This document shows positions 1-7,775 of a stretch of DNA of 24,944 nt, one piece after another. A program made the position numbers and the translations under genes. This DNA is from a virus (lineage: Duplodnaviria; Caudoviricetes): positions 1-24,944 of IMG/VR virus record IMGVR_UViG_3300048007_000354; one strand, 5' to 3'. The notes below the pieces were generated by a model. That model ran no database searches. It was not told where the DNA came from and saw nothing but the letters and a program-made list of their open reading frames with translations. The first letter of the stretch is position 1. Each line of letters opens with the position of its first letter.

Positions 1-451
1 TTAAGTTTTGCATTGCATCGAGCGTCTTTTTATATTTTTCTTGAAGGGCATTATCTTCTTCTAAATAATCTTGTTCTGTCATTTCTTCATATTCATTTAC
101 AAGATCTTTAATACTACTTGACATTGCGCCAGATTCATTTACTTCTACGCCATATTCTGCAAGTTTACTAAGAGAAGTAGTTTGGTTTCTTTTCTTAATG
201 TAACCTAAAGAATCATTAAAAGCAATGCGATATAGCCAAGTTGTAATTCCATAGCTAGGGTTATATTGTTCGATTTTAGTCCACATTTTAGTTAAAGTAT
301 TCACAGCAATATCTTCTGCCATTTCTGAATCTTTAACTATTTTGTAAATATAAGAAGTTAGGCCGGGTTTGATTTTATTATATAGTTTCGCGAAGTCTTG
401 ATCTGATTTTGTTTGTAGGAAATTGTCCGTAAGTTGTTTGTAACTTGCCAT
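1..451 (-). CDS. ECF-type RNA polymerase sigma-70 family factor, 3'-partial (runs off window start; absent from ORF track)
   Basis: Manual translation from ATG at 451 is open to the window edge: MASYKQLTDNFLQTKSDQDFAKLYNKIKPGLTSYIYKIVKDSEMAEDIAVNTLTKMWTKIEQYNPSYGITTWLYRIAFND... It matches the ECF sigma region 2 pattern (F..LY..., AED+.....+W..+..Y, TTWLYRIA.N). Confidence 0.88.
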   Translation of the reverse strand, partial: MASYKQLTDNFLQTKSDQDFAKLYNKIKPGLTSYIYKIVKDSEMAEDIAVNTLTKMWTKIEQYNPSYGITTWLYRIAFNDSLGYIKKRNQTTSLSKLAEYGVEVNESGAMSSSIKDLVNEYEEMTEQDYLEEDNALQEKYKKTLDAMQNL

Positions 452-489
452 AGATTATGTTTTTAGGTTTTTAATTAATTATTACTAGG

Positions 490-522
490 CTAATATAAGC
501 AAAATATCTGAGATAAAAAAAT
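490..522 (-). promoter_or_regulatory. 33-bp conserved motif, copy 1 (putative early promoter)
   Basis: Minus strand ATTTTTTTATCTCAGATATTTTGCTTATATTAG; near-identical copies at 6427 and 7717, each just upstream of a minus-strand start codon; ends in TATATTAG, resembling Bacteroidota -7 TAnnTTTG. Confidence 0.7.
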
Positions 523-1056
523 TTATGCAGACTTTTTTTCATTTTTTTCAGAATTATTTTCTTCAAATAGTCCTATGATAGATTTTATGTTAACCGGTTT
601 ATATGACCATTTGTCACATGAGACATTTATAATTTTCTTAGAAGGGCTCGTCTTTATTCTATTAGAAGGATGTCCAGTCAATAAGTACTTTCCTGGCCAG
701 ATAGATAAAGGCCAATATGTTAAACATGTATCAAATTCTCCGATAAAATCAATTTGACCTATTTCTTCAATTTTATTTTCTGCGTTCGGGAGCATACTTA
801 CGTCAACAGTGGCTTTATCAAATTCTCCTTCTATAAAATAAATATGTCCATTTAAAGAATTTATACATTTTTCAACCGTAGTTGGATCCCATCCAAAATT
901 ACCAAGGACATATACTACGTCATTTTCAGAAACTGTTAAATTCCAGTTTTCTATTAAAGTTTTATCCATCTCTTCAAGAGACGAAAAGGGTCTATCGTAT
1001 TTTTTGATAGCCCCAGGTCTTCCGAACTGTTGGTTCGATGTTACGAATATTTGCAT
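523..1056 (-). CDS. Calcineurin-like metallophosphoesterase-fold protein with degenerate metal ligands
   Basis: Scaffold motifs RPFSSLEEMDKTLIENWN, DVVYVLG, LNG, INVSCDKWSYKPV are present; catalytic motifs read SNQQF, GNF, GEFD, TGHP. Confidence 0.8.
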   Translation of the reverse strand: MQIFVTSNQQFGRPGAIKKYDRPFSSLEEMDKTLIENWNLTVSENDVVYVLGNFGWDPTTVEKCINSLNGHIYFIEGEFDKATVDVSMLPNAENKIEEIGQIDFIGEFDTCLTYWPLSIWPGKYLLTGHPSNRIKTSPSKKIINVSCDKWSYKPVNIKSIIGLFEENNSEKNEKKSA

Positions 1057-1058
1057 AT

Positions 1059-1574
1059 TTACACTAATGTAAATTTAACGTTAAAATTATCCCAAAGGTT
1101 GTTTAAAAAATAGTGCTCTGTAATTGAAGTAGATCCTCCTTTAATTCTTCCATCTTCTGTTCCGTCTATGAATACGCATAGTACGAAGTCATACGCAGTT
1201 GAATAAATCATAGACTGGCCTATTGCTTCTCTAAGATCAGATCCTCTGCTTCCTTTTACAAATTCAATGGCAACCTTTATACCTGCACTATCAACTGTGA
1301 GTGTTGGTTTATTAGAAGTTCCCATAAAATGCATGTTTCTTGCACCTGTTGTTTTACTACTTTCAAACTTAATCATTGTTTTGGCCTTTTCTTTTGCAAG
1401 ACCTCCACTAAAACCCTTTTTATCTGCTACCCATCTACTAACACTTTCTAAAAGAGAAGGATAGGAATTTTGTTTGATTTTATCGATAGATAAGGAAGTA
1501 TCTTCGACATTTACACCCTCTTGAATTACATCAAGAAGTTCTAGTCTATTTTTAGATTTACTTGCTAACTTCAT
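1059..1574 (-). CDS. Hypothetical protein, probable PD-(D/E)XK nuclease-like fold
   Basis: KPTLTV...VAIEFVK...LREAIGQSMIY followed by a hydrophobic strand (VLCVFID) resembles the PD...ExK...QxxxY layout, with atypical catalytic positions. Confidence 0.5.
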   Translation of the reverse strand: MKLASKSKNRLELLDVIQEGVNVEDTSLSIDKIKQNSYPSLLESVSRWVADKKGFSGGLAKEKAKTMIKFESSKTTGARNMHFMGTSNKPTLTVDSAGIKVAIEFVKGSRGSDLREAIGQSMIYSTAYDFVLCVFIDGTEDGRIKGGSTSITEHYFLNNLWDNFNVKFTLV

Positions 1575-2070
1575 CTGGTGTTACTGTTTCTACATTCATC
1601 TCTTCAATTTTAGATTCTACTTCAGCTAAAGAAACATGAAGAGATTGTATTTCTTTATTAGCATCTTGCATATTTTTCATTGCTTCACTAATATTATTAC
1701 CAACCTGAGTTAAAAGAGTTGTGAATGCTTTTGCTTGACCAACTCCAGTTCCTTCGAGTGTTGTTAATGCTGAATATAGTGTGTTTAATGGAACTGTTTT
1801 TAAAGAAACTACTGCATCAGAACCTTCCTTAGAAATTCTTGTTTTTTCTGCCTTTAATTCTTCGTAAAGATTAATTACAAGGGCTGCATTCTTTATTGTC
1901 CATTTATAGTTTTTATCTAGGTGAGATAATGTCTTATTGATATTTGAATTAGTTACAAAATCAATATCGTAGGTTTTATTAGACATTTCTTTAGAAGTAA
2001 CTTCAATTTCTTTAACGAGTTCTTCTTTCTTAGATTCTAATTGTGATAAGTTCATCTTTAAATCTGCCAT
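1558..2070 (-). CDS. Hypothetical coiled-coil protein
   Basis: 170-aa ORF, heptad-rich termini, A-rich upstream region, overlaps the next gene. Confidence 0.75.
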   Translation of the reverse strand: MADLKMNLSQLESKKEELVKEIEVTSKEMSNKTYDIDFVTNSNINKTLSHLDKNYKWTIKNAALVINLYEELKAEKTRISKEGSDAVVSLKTVPLNTLYSALTTLEGTGVGQAKAFTTLLTQVGNNISEAMKNMQDANKEIQSLHVSLAEVESKIEEMNVETVTPDEVSK

Positions 2071-2093
2071 TTTATTATTTATTTATTTTATTT

Positions 2094-2585
2094 TTAAAAG
2101 TTATGGTTAGTTATTCTACAATCAAAATCCAAAAAGTTTCTAAATTGTTCTTCATCTGCTTGAATTCTTCTCTCAAAATTATCATCTGGATCATTTCTTT
2201 CAATGATTCTAGACCTTCTTACTTCGATTGGAATATCTATATATGTTACAAAACATCTGTTTCTATATTCTTCGCTTAATAGTTCAATGGCTTCTGCGTT
2301 TAAAATCATAATATCGCATCTTTCGAATTCTTCTTTAGTAATTCCATAATACCATCCATTAAATTTTTGATATTCCACAAACTTGTCTTCTTCGATCATT
2401 TTCTCAAAGGATTCTTCATTTACGAAATAATAATCTATTCCTTCCTTCTCATTTGCCTTTTTTCTTGGTGGACGAGTAGTATATGAAACTCCAAATACAA
2501 ATCCTCTATTTTCATAACGAGTTCTTAAATAATCTTTACCCGCAGCTGCTTTACCTACTAATACTAATTTACTTCTTTTATGCAT
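2094..2585 (-). CDS. gmk: Guanylate kinase
   Basis: P-loop GKAAAGKD, SYTTRPPR, EGIDYYFV, EYQKFNGWYYG. Confidence 0.9.
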   Translation of the reverse strand: MHKRSKLVLVGKAAAGKDYLRTRYENRGFVFGVSYTTRPPRKKANEKEGIDYYFVNEESFEKMIEEDKFVEYQKFNGWYYGITKEEFERCDIMILNAEAIELLSEEYRNRCFVTYIDIPIEVRRSRIIERNDPDDNFERRIQADEEQFRNFLDFDCRITNHNF

Positions 2586-3465
2586 TAATTTCTTCTTGAG
2601 CTGTTACTAATTTTACCCAATCTTCTAATTTCCATTTAGGAGTCCATCCCAATTTTTCTTCAGTGTCAGATGGAAAGTCTTCACTTGTAAACCTTTCACC
2701 TCTTCTTTCAGGAATCATTTCCCAATCACCATACATTTCTGCTAAATCAATCATTGTAGTATTTACACCACTTCTTAAGTGCCATTCATGATTATCTTTT
2801 CTTTGAGCTGCTATGCCCAGTGCTCTTACTACGTCTTCTACGTGAGTAAAATCTCTACTTTGATTTCCAGGAGAAACTACTGTACATTTTTGACCCGCTT
2901 TAAATTGTCTTTCAAAGATACCCACTACTGTTGCATAGTCACCTGACATAATTTGACCAGGACCATATACGTTAAAGAAGTAGCAGATTTCATATTGTAA
3001 ATCATACCATGTATTGTAGTTTTTAATTAATTCTACCATCTTAGACTTCATCCAAGCGTAAGGAGAAAGATTTTCATCTTCACCATTATTACCGAATTTA
3101 GAAGAAGATGCAGAATAAATTAATTTTGAATTCCATTTTCTACATAATTCTAAAATAACGGGTGTTCCAGATAAAATAGACCTGTGAACAAAATCAATAT
3201 CCTCAAATGATTGAACAATTCTACTATATTCTCCAAAATGAAATACAGTGTCGAAATAGTCTTCTTCTGTTAATTTTTCAAAGATAGAATCTGCTTCCCA
3301 TGTATGTCCTCTATAATAAGTTACACCAGGAACGTGGTTTTCTTCTTTTCCTGTGAAGTAATTATCTAAAGATGTTATTTTTATTTCTGGATATGCTTCC
3401 TTCAGGTGCTTAATAAGATTGCTTCCAACAAATCCGGCACCTCCTGTGATTAATACGTTTTTCAT
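2578..3465 (-). CDS. NAD-dependent nucleotide-sugar epimerase/dehydratase (extended SDR)
   Basis: TGGAGFVGS Rossmann motif, ASSS, YAWMK (YxxxK), FFNVYGP, RDFTHVEDVV, KLGWTP. Confidence 0.92.
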   Translation of the reverse strand: MKNVLITGGAGFVGSNLIKHLKEAYPEIKITSLDNYFTGKEENHVPGVTYYRGHTWEADSIFEKLTEEDYFDTVFHFGEYSRIVQSFEDIDFVHRSILSGTPVILELCRKWNSKLIYSASSSKFGNNGEDENLSPYAWMKSKMVELIKNYNTWYDLQYEICYFFNVYGPGQIMSGDYATVVGIFERQFKAGQKCTVVSPGNQSRDFTHVEDVVRALGIAAQRKDNHEWHLRSGVNTTMIDLAEMYGDWEMIPERRGERFTSEDFPSDTEEKLGWTPKWKLEDWVKLVTAQEEINA

Positions 3466-3471
3466 ATAATA

Positions 3472-3497
3472 TTATATTGATTTATTTGTTTTTGTTT
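3472..3497 (-). promoter_or_regulatory. AAAC-N16-ATATAA ECF-type promoter candidate
   Basis: Matches the bipartite motif seen at five other gene starts; directly upstream of the epimerase ATG (3465). Confidence 0.5.
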
Positions 3498-3721
3498 ATT
3501 TTACTCTTACCCATATCATATTCTTCGCCATTTATTAAAAAACCTTTAAGAGTATTATCACCTTGCTTAGCACATCTAATTGATGAAATATATGTTATAG
3601 GATTTTTAATGTTTGTAAATTCAACAACGTAATTATCATAAATTACTGTTACTATAGATCCTCCTTCTTGTAAGGAAAGTGGATTGGTTCTCATTTCTTT
3701 TGTAGGCCTATATGTTTTCAT
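3482..3721 (-). CDS. Hypothetical protein
   Basis: 79-aa ORF tiling between neighbours on the coding strand. Confidence 0.65.
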   Translation of the reverse strand: MKTYRPTKEMRTNPLSLQEGGSIVTVIYDNYVVEFTNIKNPITYISSIRCAKQGDNTLKGFLINGEEYDMGKSKINKNK

Positions 3722-4340
3722 ATTGCATAGGTATTGTTTGATGTTTTTTAAGATCTCTCCTAATGTCTTTTTTAACTCTGTCTAAATATTTCTTTCTTTT
3801 TGCATCGCTAACAAAGGGAACTGACCAAAATTGTTTTGTCTTTAACCATCTTGAAATATTCCATCCAAATACAAATGTAAATACTCCCATCACTAGGCGT
3901 AGTTTAACTGAATTTAAATAAAGAGTTCTTACTGGTAATGAAGGAGCTCCATGGGTTATATATGTCCTTACCTTTTTGTCACTTAAGAATGGCTTTGGAT
4001 ATGCATACGCTCCGAAAAGAGGAATAAACTTATATGCAAATCCTGGTGTAAATACTTCGTCAAAGAATATTTCCATTCTAGGGGTTAATCTAAACCACCA
4101 AACAGGAGATACGAAGTAGATTCTATCTGCCCATGTTACAGCGTCTTGATATTCTTTAATAAGATCTTTTCTTGGCTGAGAAAAATCATCTCTATATAAA
4201 TCTATTACCTGTATTTCATTTAGGTAATCGCTGTCTAATAGAGATTCTTGGATTGTTTTAAAAATTCCGTTATAGCAAAATGATTTTTTGTCAGGATGTC
4301 CAACGACGATTAAGTTTTGCATGCGTTCTAGTTTTTTCAT
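3708..4340 (-). CDS. Flavodoxin-fold NAD(P)H-dependent (quinone) oxidoreductase
   Basis: IVVGHPDKKSF, IDLY, ADRIYFVSPVWWF, FFDEVFTPGFAY, ITHGAP, typical of the Flavodoxin_2 (MdaB/KefF/NQO) family; start may be the second Met at 4322. Confidence 0.88.
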   Translation of the reverse strand: MKKLERMQNLIVVGHPDKKSFCYNGIFKTIQESLLDSDYLNEIQVIDLYRDDFSQPRKDLIKEYQDAVTWADRIYFVSPVWWFRLTPRMEIFFDEVFTPGFAYKFIPLFGAYAYPKPFLSDKKVRTYITHGAPSLPVRTLYLNSVKLRLVMGVFTFVFGWNISRWLKTKQFWSVPFVSDAKRKKYLDRVKKDIRRDLKKHQTIPMQYENI

Positions 4341-4522
4341 AAGAACTTTTTAAATTGTGTTACTTCTTTTTTTCGAGCTTCTTCTAATTTCTTAGCATGA
4401 TATTCTCTGGCGTATTGTTCCATGATACTGCTCATTTTAGTGTAATGAGAAAATGCATCACTGTCTATATTATTATCTGGCCATTCGTTTTCGTCTAACC
4501 ACTTCTTAGCTTCTATTGCCAT
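4337..4522 (-). CDS. Hypothetical protein
   Basis: 61-aa ORF overlapping both neighbours in operon fashion. Confidence 0.65.
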   Translation of the reverse strand: MAIEAKKWLDENEWPDNNIDSDAFSHYTKMSSIMEQYAREYHAKKLEEARKKEVTQFKKFL

Positions 4523-5339
4523 GTAAATATTCCTTTAAATCGTCTCTACTCGTAGGAACATTATCCCATTTTGGATCATACCAAAAGGTTCTTCCATTTG
4601 AATCTTTCCTTTTTGACATACTAGAGTTTCCATAACAAAGCATGAATTTTTCTTGAACAGCATTTTGTCCAAATGGATTATCCCAATCTCTAATACTTCC
4701 TCCTCCCTTTGCGTATGCCAACATTGGAATATCTCGACAAAGTTCTAAGATTTTAGGATATTTGGCAAGTTGCCATGCAGCTGGTAAGAAAGGATCTACG
4801 TCACCTGCTCTATAAATAATCTCTGCTCTTAGGTAATTGCCTATTCCATTAAAATATTTTTGGTTCATCAGGACTTCATAGAGTGGTTTCTTGAAAGCCC
4901 TTGACGTTAGATTAGTCATTATATCTTTCCAAAAAGAATCAAAGGAGGTCGTTGGATCCTCCCCTCGTGTATCATTCCACCACAACCCTTGCTTCCATTT
5001 ACCAAATCTACGTACATCTACAAAGGAGAGTGTAGTTCCATCTTTTCTATGAAATTTTAAATGAGAATGTTTAGGCTCTTGCCCTGTATTCGTAACTTTA
5101 AAATATCCGCTCATTCCCATTGTCATCCTAATCGGAATAAATTTATCAGAATCATTATCCTGAATAACTAAAACCATTTCCTTGCCCTTGGATTCTGCTT
5201 TAATTTTAAAAAAATCAAATGGAATATCTAGATCTTCACATTTATGTTCTGGATTTTTGACTACATTAACGTATTTTATTCCTTCGGAAACAGTGTTAAC
5301 GTAATCTGCTGTAAATTTAAGTTCTGCTAATTCTGGCAT
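4506..5339 (-). CDS. nei: Fpg/Nei family DNA glycosylase/AP lyase, NEIL1-like with zincless finger
   Basis: N-terminal MPELAE (catalytic Pro2/Glu3), KGKE, GMSG, FVDVRRFG, H2TH motif LMNQKYFNGIGNYLRAEI, C-terminal DSNGRTFWY without four Cys. Confidence 0.92.
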   Translation of the reverse strand: MPELAELKFTADYVNTVSEGIKYVNVVKNPEHKCEDLDIPFDFFKIKAESKGKEMVLVIQDNDSDKFIPIRMTMGMSGYFKVTNTGQEPKHSHLKFHRKDGTTLSFVDVRRFGKWKQGLWWNDTRGEDPTTSFDSFWKDIMTNLTSRAFKKPLYEVLMNQKYFNGIGNYLRAEIIYRAGDVDPFLPAAWQLAKYPKILELCRDIPMLAYAKGGGSIRDWDNPFGQNAVQEKFMLCYGNSSMSKRKDSNGRTFWYDPKWDNVPTSRDDLKEYLHGNRS

Positions 5340-5342
5340 AGT

Positions 5343-5480
5343 TTAAAATGAGATTGAAATACCCCAACTTCCCCATGCGAATATTAATTCGTAATATCCG
5401 TTTAGTGTTTTATCAAAAGTTATCTTAACAGTTGGTAAAATTAGAAATTGGCCTATTTGTGTATAAAAGTCTACTTTCAT
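5343..5480 (-). CDS. Small hypothetical protein, 45 aa (not in ORF track)
   Basis: MKVDFYTQIGQFLILPTVKITFDKTLNGYYELIFAWGSWGISISF; fills the gap between a promoter motif and the glycosylase start. Confidence 0.6.
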   Translation of the reverse strand: MKVDFYTQIGQFLILPTVKITFDKTLNGYYELIFAWGSWGISISF

Positions 5481-5486
5481 TATAAG

Positions 5487-5512
5487 TTATACTGTCAATT
5501 TAAAAAAAGTTT
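5487..5512 (-). promoter_or_regulatory. AAAC-N16-GTATAA ECF-type promoter candidate
   Basis: Minus strand AAAC TTTTTTTAAATTGACA GTATAA, intergenic, upstream of ATG 5480. Confidence 0.62.
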
Positions 5513-5714
5513 ATTCATCGGAATCATTAAAAAATGAATGTATAAAAGACCATATAAAATATCCTAAATAGATGGGCCATGTTACAGTTAAAACTAGTGA
5601 CTCCCATAGGGTCCATTTTTTAATTTTAAAATCTTCATCATTCCTTTTATTATAGTCCCATAAGAGATGCATAATAAATGAGTAAATAAATCCTATTGTC
5701 AAGTATGTTATCAT
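5511..5714 (-). CDS. Small membrane protein
   Basis: 67 aa with two hydrophobic segments. Confidence 0.7.
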   Translation of the reverse strand: MITYLTIGFIYSFIMHLLWDYNKRNDEDFKIKKWTLWESLVLTVTWPIYLGYFIWSFIHSFFNDSDE

Positions 5715-5715
5715 G

Positions 5716-5949
5716 TTAAAATGGTAATGGATCCTCTTCTAAAGATTTAATTAATTGTTCAGTTCTAATTTTCTGAATATCAACTTTTCTTGTATTTAAA
5801 GAAGCAAATGGAGTTTCATGGACTTCAGTCACATCCCATGATTGACCATACTTAGATTCTTGATTTGACGCAATAAGCTCTCCCTTTGAAAGAGCATGTT
5901 TATCGCTATCCGCATCAATGTATACTTCAAATGTTACAGTATATCTCAT
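5716..5949 (-). CDS. Hypothetical protein
   Basis: 77-aa ORF whose start overlaps the upstream stop; ends in DPLPF. Confidence 0.7.
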   Translation of the reverse strand: MRYTVTFEVYIDADSDKHALSKGELIASNQESKYGQSWDVTEVHETPFASLNTRKVDIQKIRTEQLIKSLEEDPLPF

Positions 5950-6065
5950 TAGTTTATCATTTTTAAAAGGTTAGAAATAAGTAGAATCATATAAAGTCCA
6001 AGTGCAGTAGTTAGGACAATGTCTACGCTATCAATCTGCTTAAGTGTTTGTTTTAGTTTACGCAT
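5949..6065 (-). CDS. Small membrane peptide (about 38 aa)
   Basis: Internal Met of track ORF 5949..6137 gives MRKLKQTLKQIDSVDIVLTTALGLYMILLISNLLKMIN with only an 8-nt overlap with the upstream gene. Confidence 0.5.
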   Translation of the reverse strand: MRKLKQTLKQIDSVDIVLTTALGLYMILLISNLLKMIN

Positions 6066-6402
6066 TTTTACTAAGTGTTTTTCTATAGTTAACAACAGCT
6101 TTCGCAAGTCTGTCCATGCGCTCATTAGGATCTTCAATCATAATTCTTTCAGTACAAGGATATGAACTTCCTCTGTATTCATAGATTGATTTCCTAGTAG
6201 GATTTAACTGATAAATTGTTCGATGAGACCATCCATATCCTCCTCGATTAGAATAGTTTCTCGTGTATGCTCTACGAATATATCCACTTTCATAAGAAAG
6301 ATAGTCAGTATTTGTGATAGGGTCATGGTAACAAATAGTTCCATTGTCAGCTTGCGTTTGTGAAGTTACTTCAACGCATTTAAGTGATTGTAGTTTATTC
6401 AT
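6058..6402 (-). CDS. Hypothetical protein (putative early gene)
   Basis: 114-aa ORF immediately downstream of the 33-bp motif. Confidence 0.75.
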   Translation of the reverse strand: MNKLQSLKCVEVTSQTQADNGTICYHDPITNTDYLSYESGYIRRAYTRNYSNRGGYGWSHRTIYQLNPTRKSIYEYRGSSYPCTERIMIEDPNERMDRLAKAVVNYRKTLSKNA

Positions 6403-6426
6403 TTTGATTTTTTAAATATTACTCTA

Positions 6427-6459
6427 CTAATATAAGCAAAATTTCTGAGATAAAAAAAT
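6427..6459 (-). promoter_or_regulatory. 33-bp conserved motif, copy 2 (putative early promoter)
   Basis: 32/33 identical to the copies at 490 and 7717. Confidence 0.7.
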
Positions 6460-6469
6460 TCTAGGCTGT

Positions 6470-6697
6470 TTATTTTTGATTTTTTTTTCTTTTTTTATTA
6501 AACCTAGCCCATTGCTTAGCGGCCTCCTTCTCCTCTTCATATTTTTCAAGAACGTTAAAGAAGCCTTCATAGTCATATTCTTCTGACCTGAAAGCTTCTC
6601 TAATTCTCGATTGCTCGTCTTCACATCCTTTCATCCATCCCATTACGAATGCAAATGCTCCTAAGAAAATTGTTAAAAATAATCCTTCTATTCCCAT
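6470..6697 (-). CDS. Small membrane-anchored protein
   Basis: N-terminal hydrophobic helix, charged body, basic tail. Confidence 0.7.
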   Translation of the reverse strand: MGIEGLFLTIFLGAFAFVMGWMKGCEDEQSRIREAFRSEEYDYEGFFNVLEKYEEEKEAAKQWARFNKKRKKNQK

Positions 6698-6981
6698 TAT
6701 CTCAATTTTTGTAAAAGTTTTTCAACATCTTTCTTAGAAGTCCATCCAGCAACTTGATCTTCAGTATCTAAAAACTTATCAGTGACAAAGGCGTCATCCT
6801 CAGAATTTTTAAATATAGCTACTTCAAATGAAGAATATTGCGTAGAGTCTAAACCATCTTCTCGAGGAGTGCTGTAGACAAACTTACCAGCTTGAATACT
6901 CACCGTAACGTCTTTGAATTTTGCAGTGGCACCTACGCCACCGTGCATTTGTTTCTTAAATATTAAATCTTTGAATTTCAT
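6697..6981 (-). CDS. Hypothetical protein
   Basis: Track ORF 6697..7005; the internal Met at 6981 (MKFKDL) has an A-rich leader and avoids overlap. Confidence 0.7.
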   Translation of the reverse strand: MKFKDLIFKKQMHGGVGATAKFKDVTVSIQAGKFVYSTPREDGLDSTQYSSFEVAIFKNSEDDAFVTDKFLDTEDQVAGWTSKKDVEKLLQKLR

Positions 6982-6991
6982 ATCTTTTATT

Positions 6992-7450
6992 TTAAAAATT
7001 ACCATCAGCTACTTGAAAGCATGTGATGCCATTATCTCTCCACATTTGAACTACTTTATCTCTATCATCAAAGACACATGTAATATCGTCTGTATTTGGA
7101 AATAAATCATCAAGCCACTTTTTCTTTAATACATCATCTTTCATAAACTTAAAACCTCCGCCAGTTGGTCGCATCTTTAAAACATCAAATGGAATATCAA
7201 GATCGTTTAACCAATCTTTCGTTGCGTCTTTAGTAGCTTTAGATCTTCCACTAAAAATTACAACACGATGTCCATCTTTTTTAAGAAGTCGTGCCATGTG
7301 AATAACTGGCCAATTCGGTTTATCTAATTGAATGTTTGCTGGATCGAAGAAAGTGTCCCAATCCATTTTACCATTATCTTTTGTGGAAATAGCTCTCCTA
7401 TCGTCGATAAGAGCGAGAGTTCCATCTAAATCGAAAATTACTGTTTTCAT
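6992..7450 (-). CDS. HAD-family phosphatase resembling the 3'-phosphatase domain of T4 PseT polynucleotide kinase
   Basis: DLDGTL, FSGR, LKMR, FDDRDKVVQMWR, CFQVADGNF; no kinase domain. Confidence 0.88.
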   Translation of the reverse strand: MKTVIFDLDGTLALIDDRRAISTKDNGKMDWDTFFDPANIQLDKPNWPVIHMARLLKKDGHRVVIFSGRSKATKDATKDWLNDLDIPFDVLKMRPTGGGFKFMKDDVLKKKWLDDLFPNTDDITCVFDDRDKVVQMWRDNGITCFQVADGNF

Positions 7451-7460
7451 TTTTATATTT

Positions 7461-7706
7461 TTAAAGGTTATCTCTTACTGAGTTTTTAATTAACATTTGA
7501 GAAGTAGGAGCGATTCCAAAACTAACCCAATTGTCAGAGTTATTAAATTGTTTTCTACAATGGTCCATGATTTCGTCTGACCAGTCTAAATGGTTTCCAA
7601 GAACGTCTGTTACTGGATGCCAAACGCTTTCCCAACCATCATTTAAGAAGGTTACCCAAGCTTTTTCTACGTTTAAATTAAGTGACATGTTTTTTGCTTT
7701 ATTCAT
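7461..7706 (-). CDS. Hypothetical protein (start may be 7688)
   Basis: 81-aa ORF downstream of the 33-bp motif. Confidence 0.65.
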   Translation of the reverse strand: MNKAKNMSLNLNVEKAWVTFLNDGWESVWHPVTDVLGNHLDWSDEIMDHCRKQFNNSDNWVSFGIAPTSQMLIKNSVRDNL

Positions 7707-7716
7707 TATTACTATA

Positions 7717-7749
7717 CTAATATAAGCAAAATATCTGAGATAAAAAAAT
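7717..7749 (-). promoter_or_regulatory. 33-bp conserved motif, copy 3 (putative early promoter)
   Basis: Identical to the copy at 490-522. Confidence 0.7.
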
Positions 7750-7775
7750 ATTTAGGCAATTATTTTCAAATTATT

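Noticed and set aside
1558-2070. Coiled-coil protein as a PspA partner for the PspC gene
   Set aside because: Only generic heptads, no PspA-specific motif, and it is far from pspC.
2071-2095. TTTA-rich low-complexity run
   Set aside because: Ordinary A-rich translation-initiation region on the minus strand of an AT-rich genome.
6427-6624. Minus-strand 65-aa ORF
   Set aside because: Alternative frame overlapping the better 6470..6697 gene and the promoter motif.
490-7749. 33-bp repeats as a CRISPR array or att sites
   Set aside because: Copies are kilobases apart, non-palindromic and always upstream of genes; no cas or integrase genes are present.
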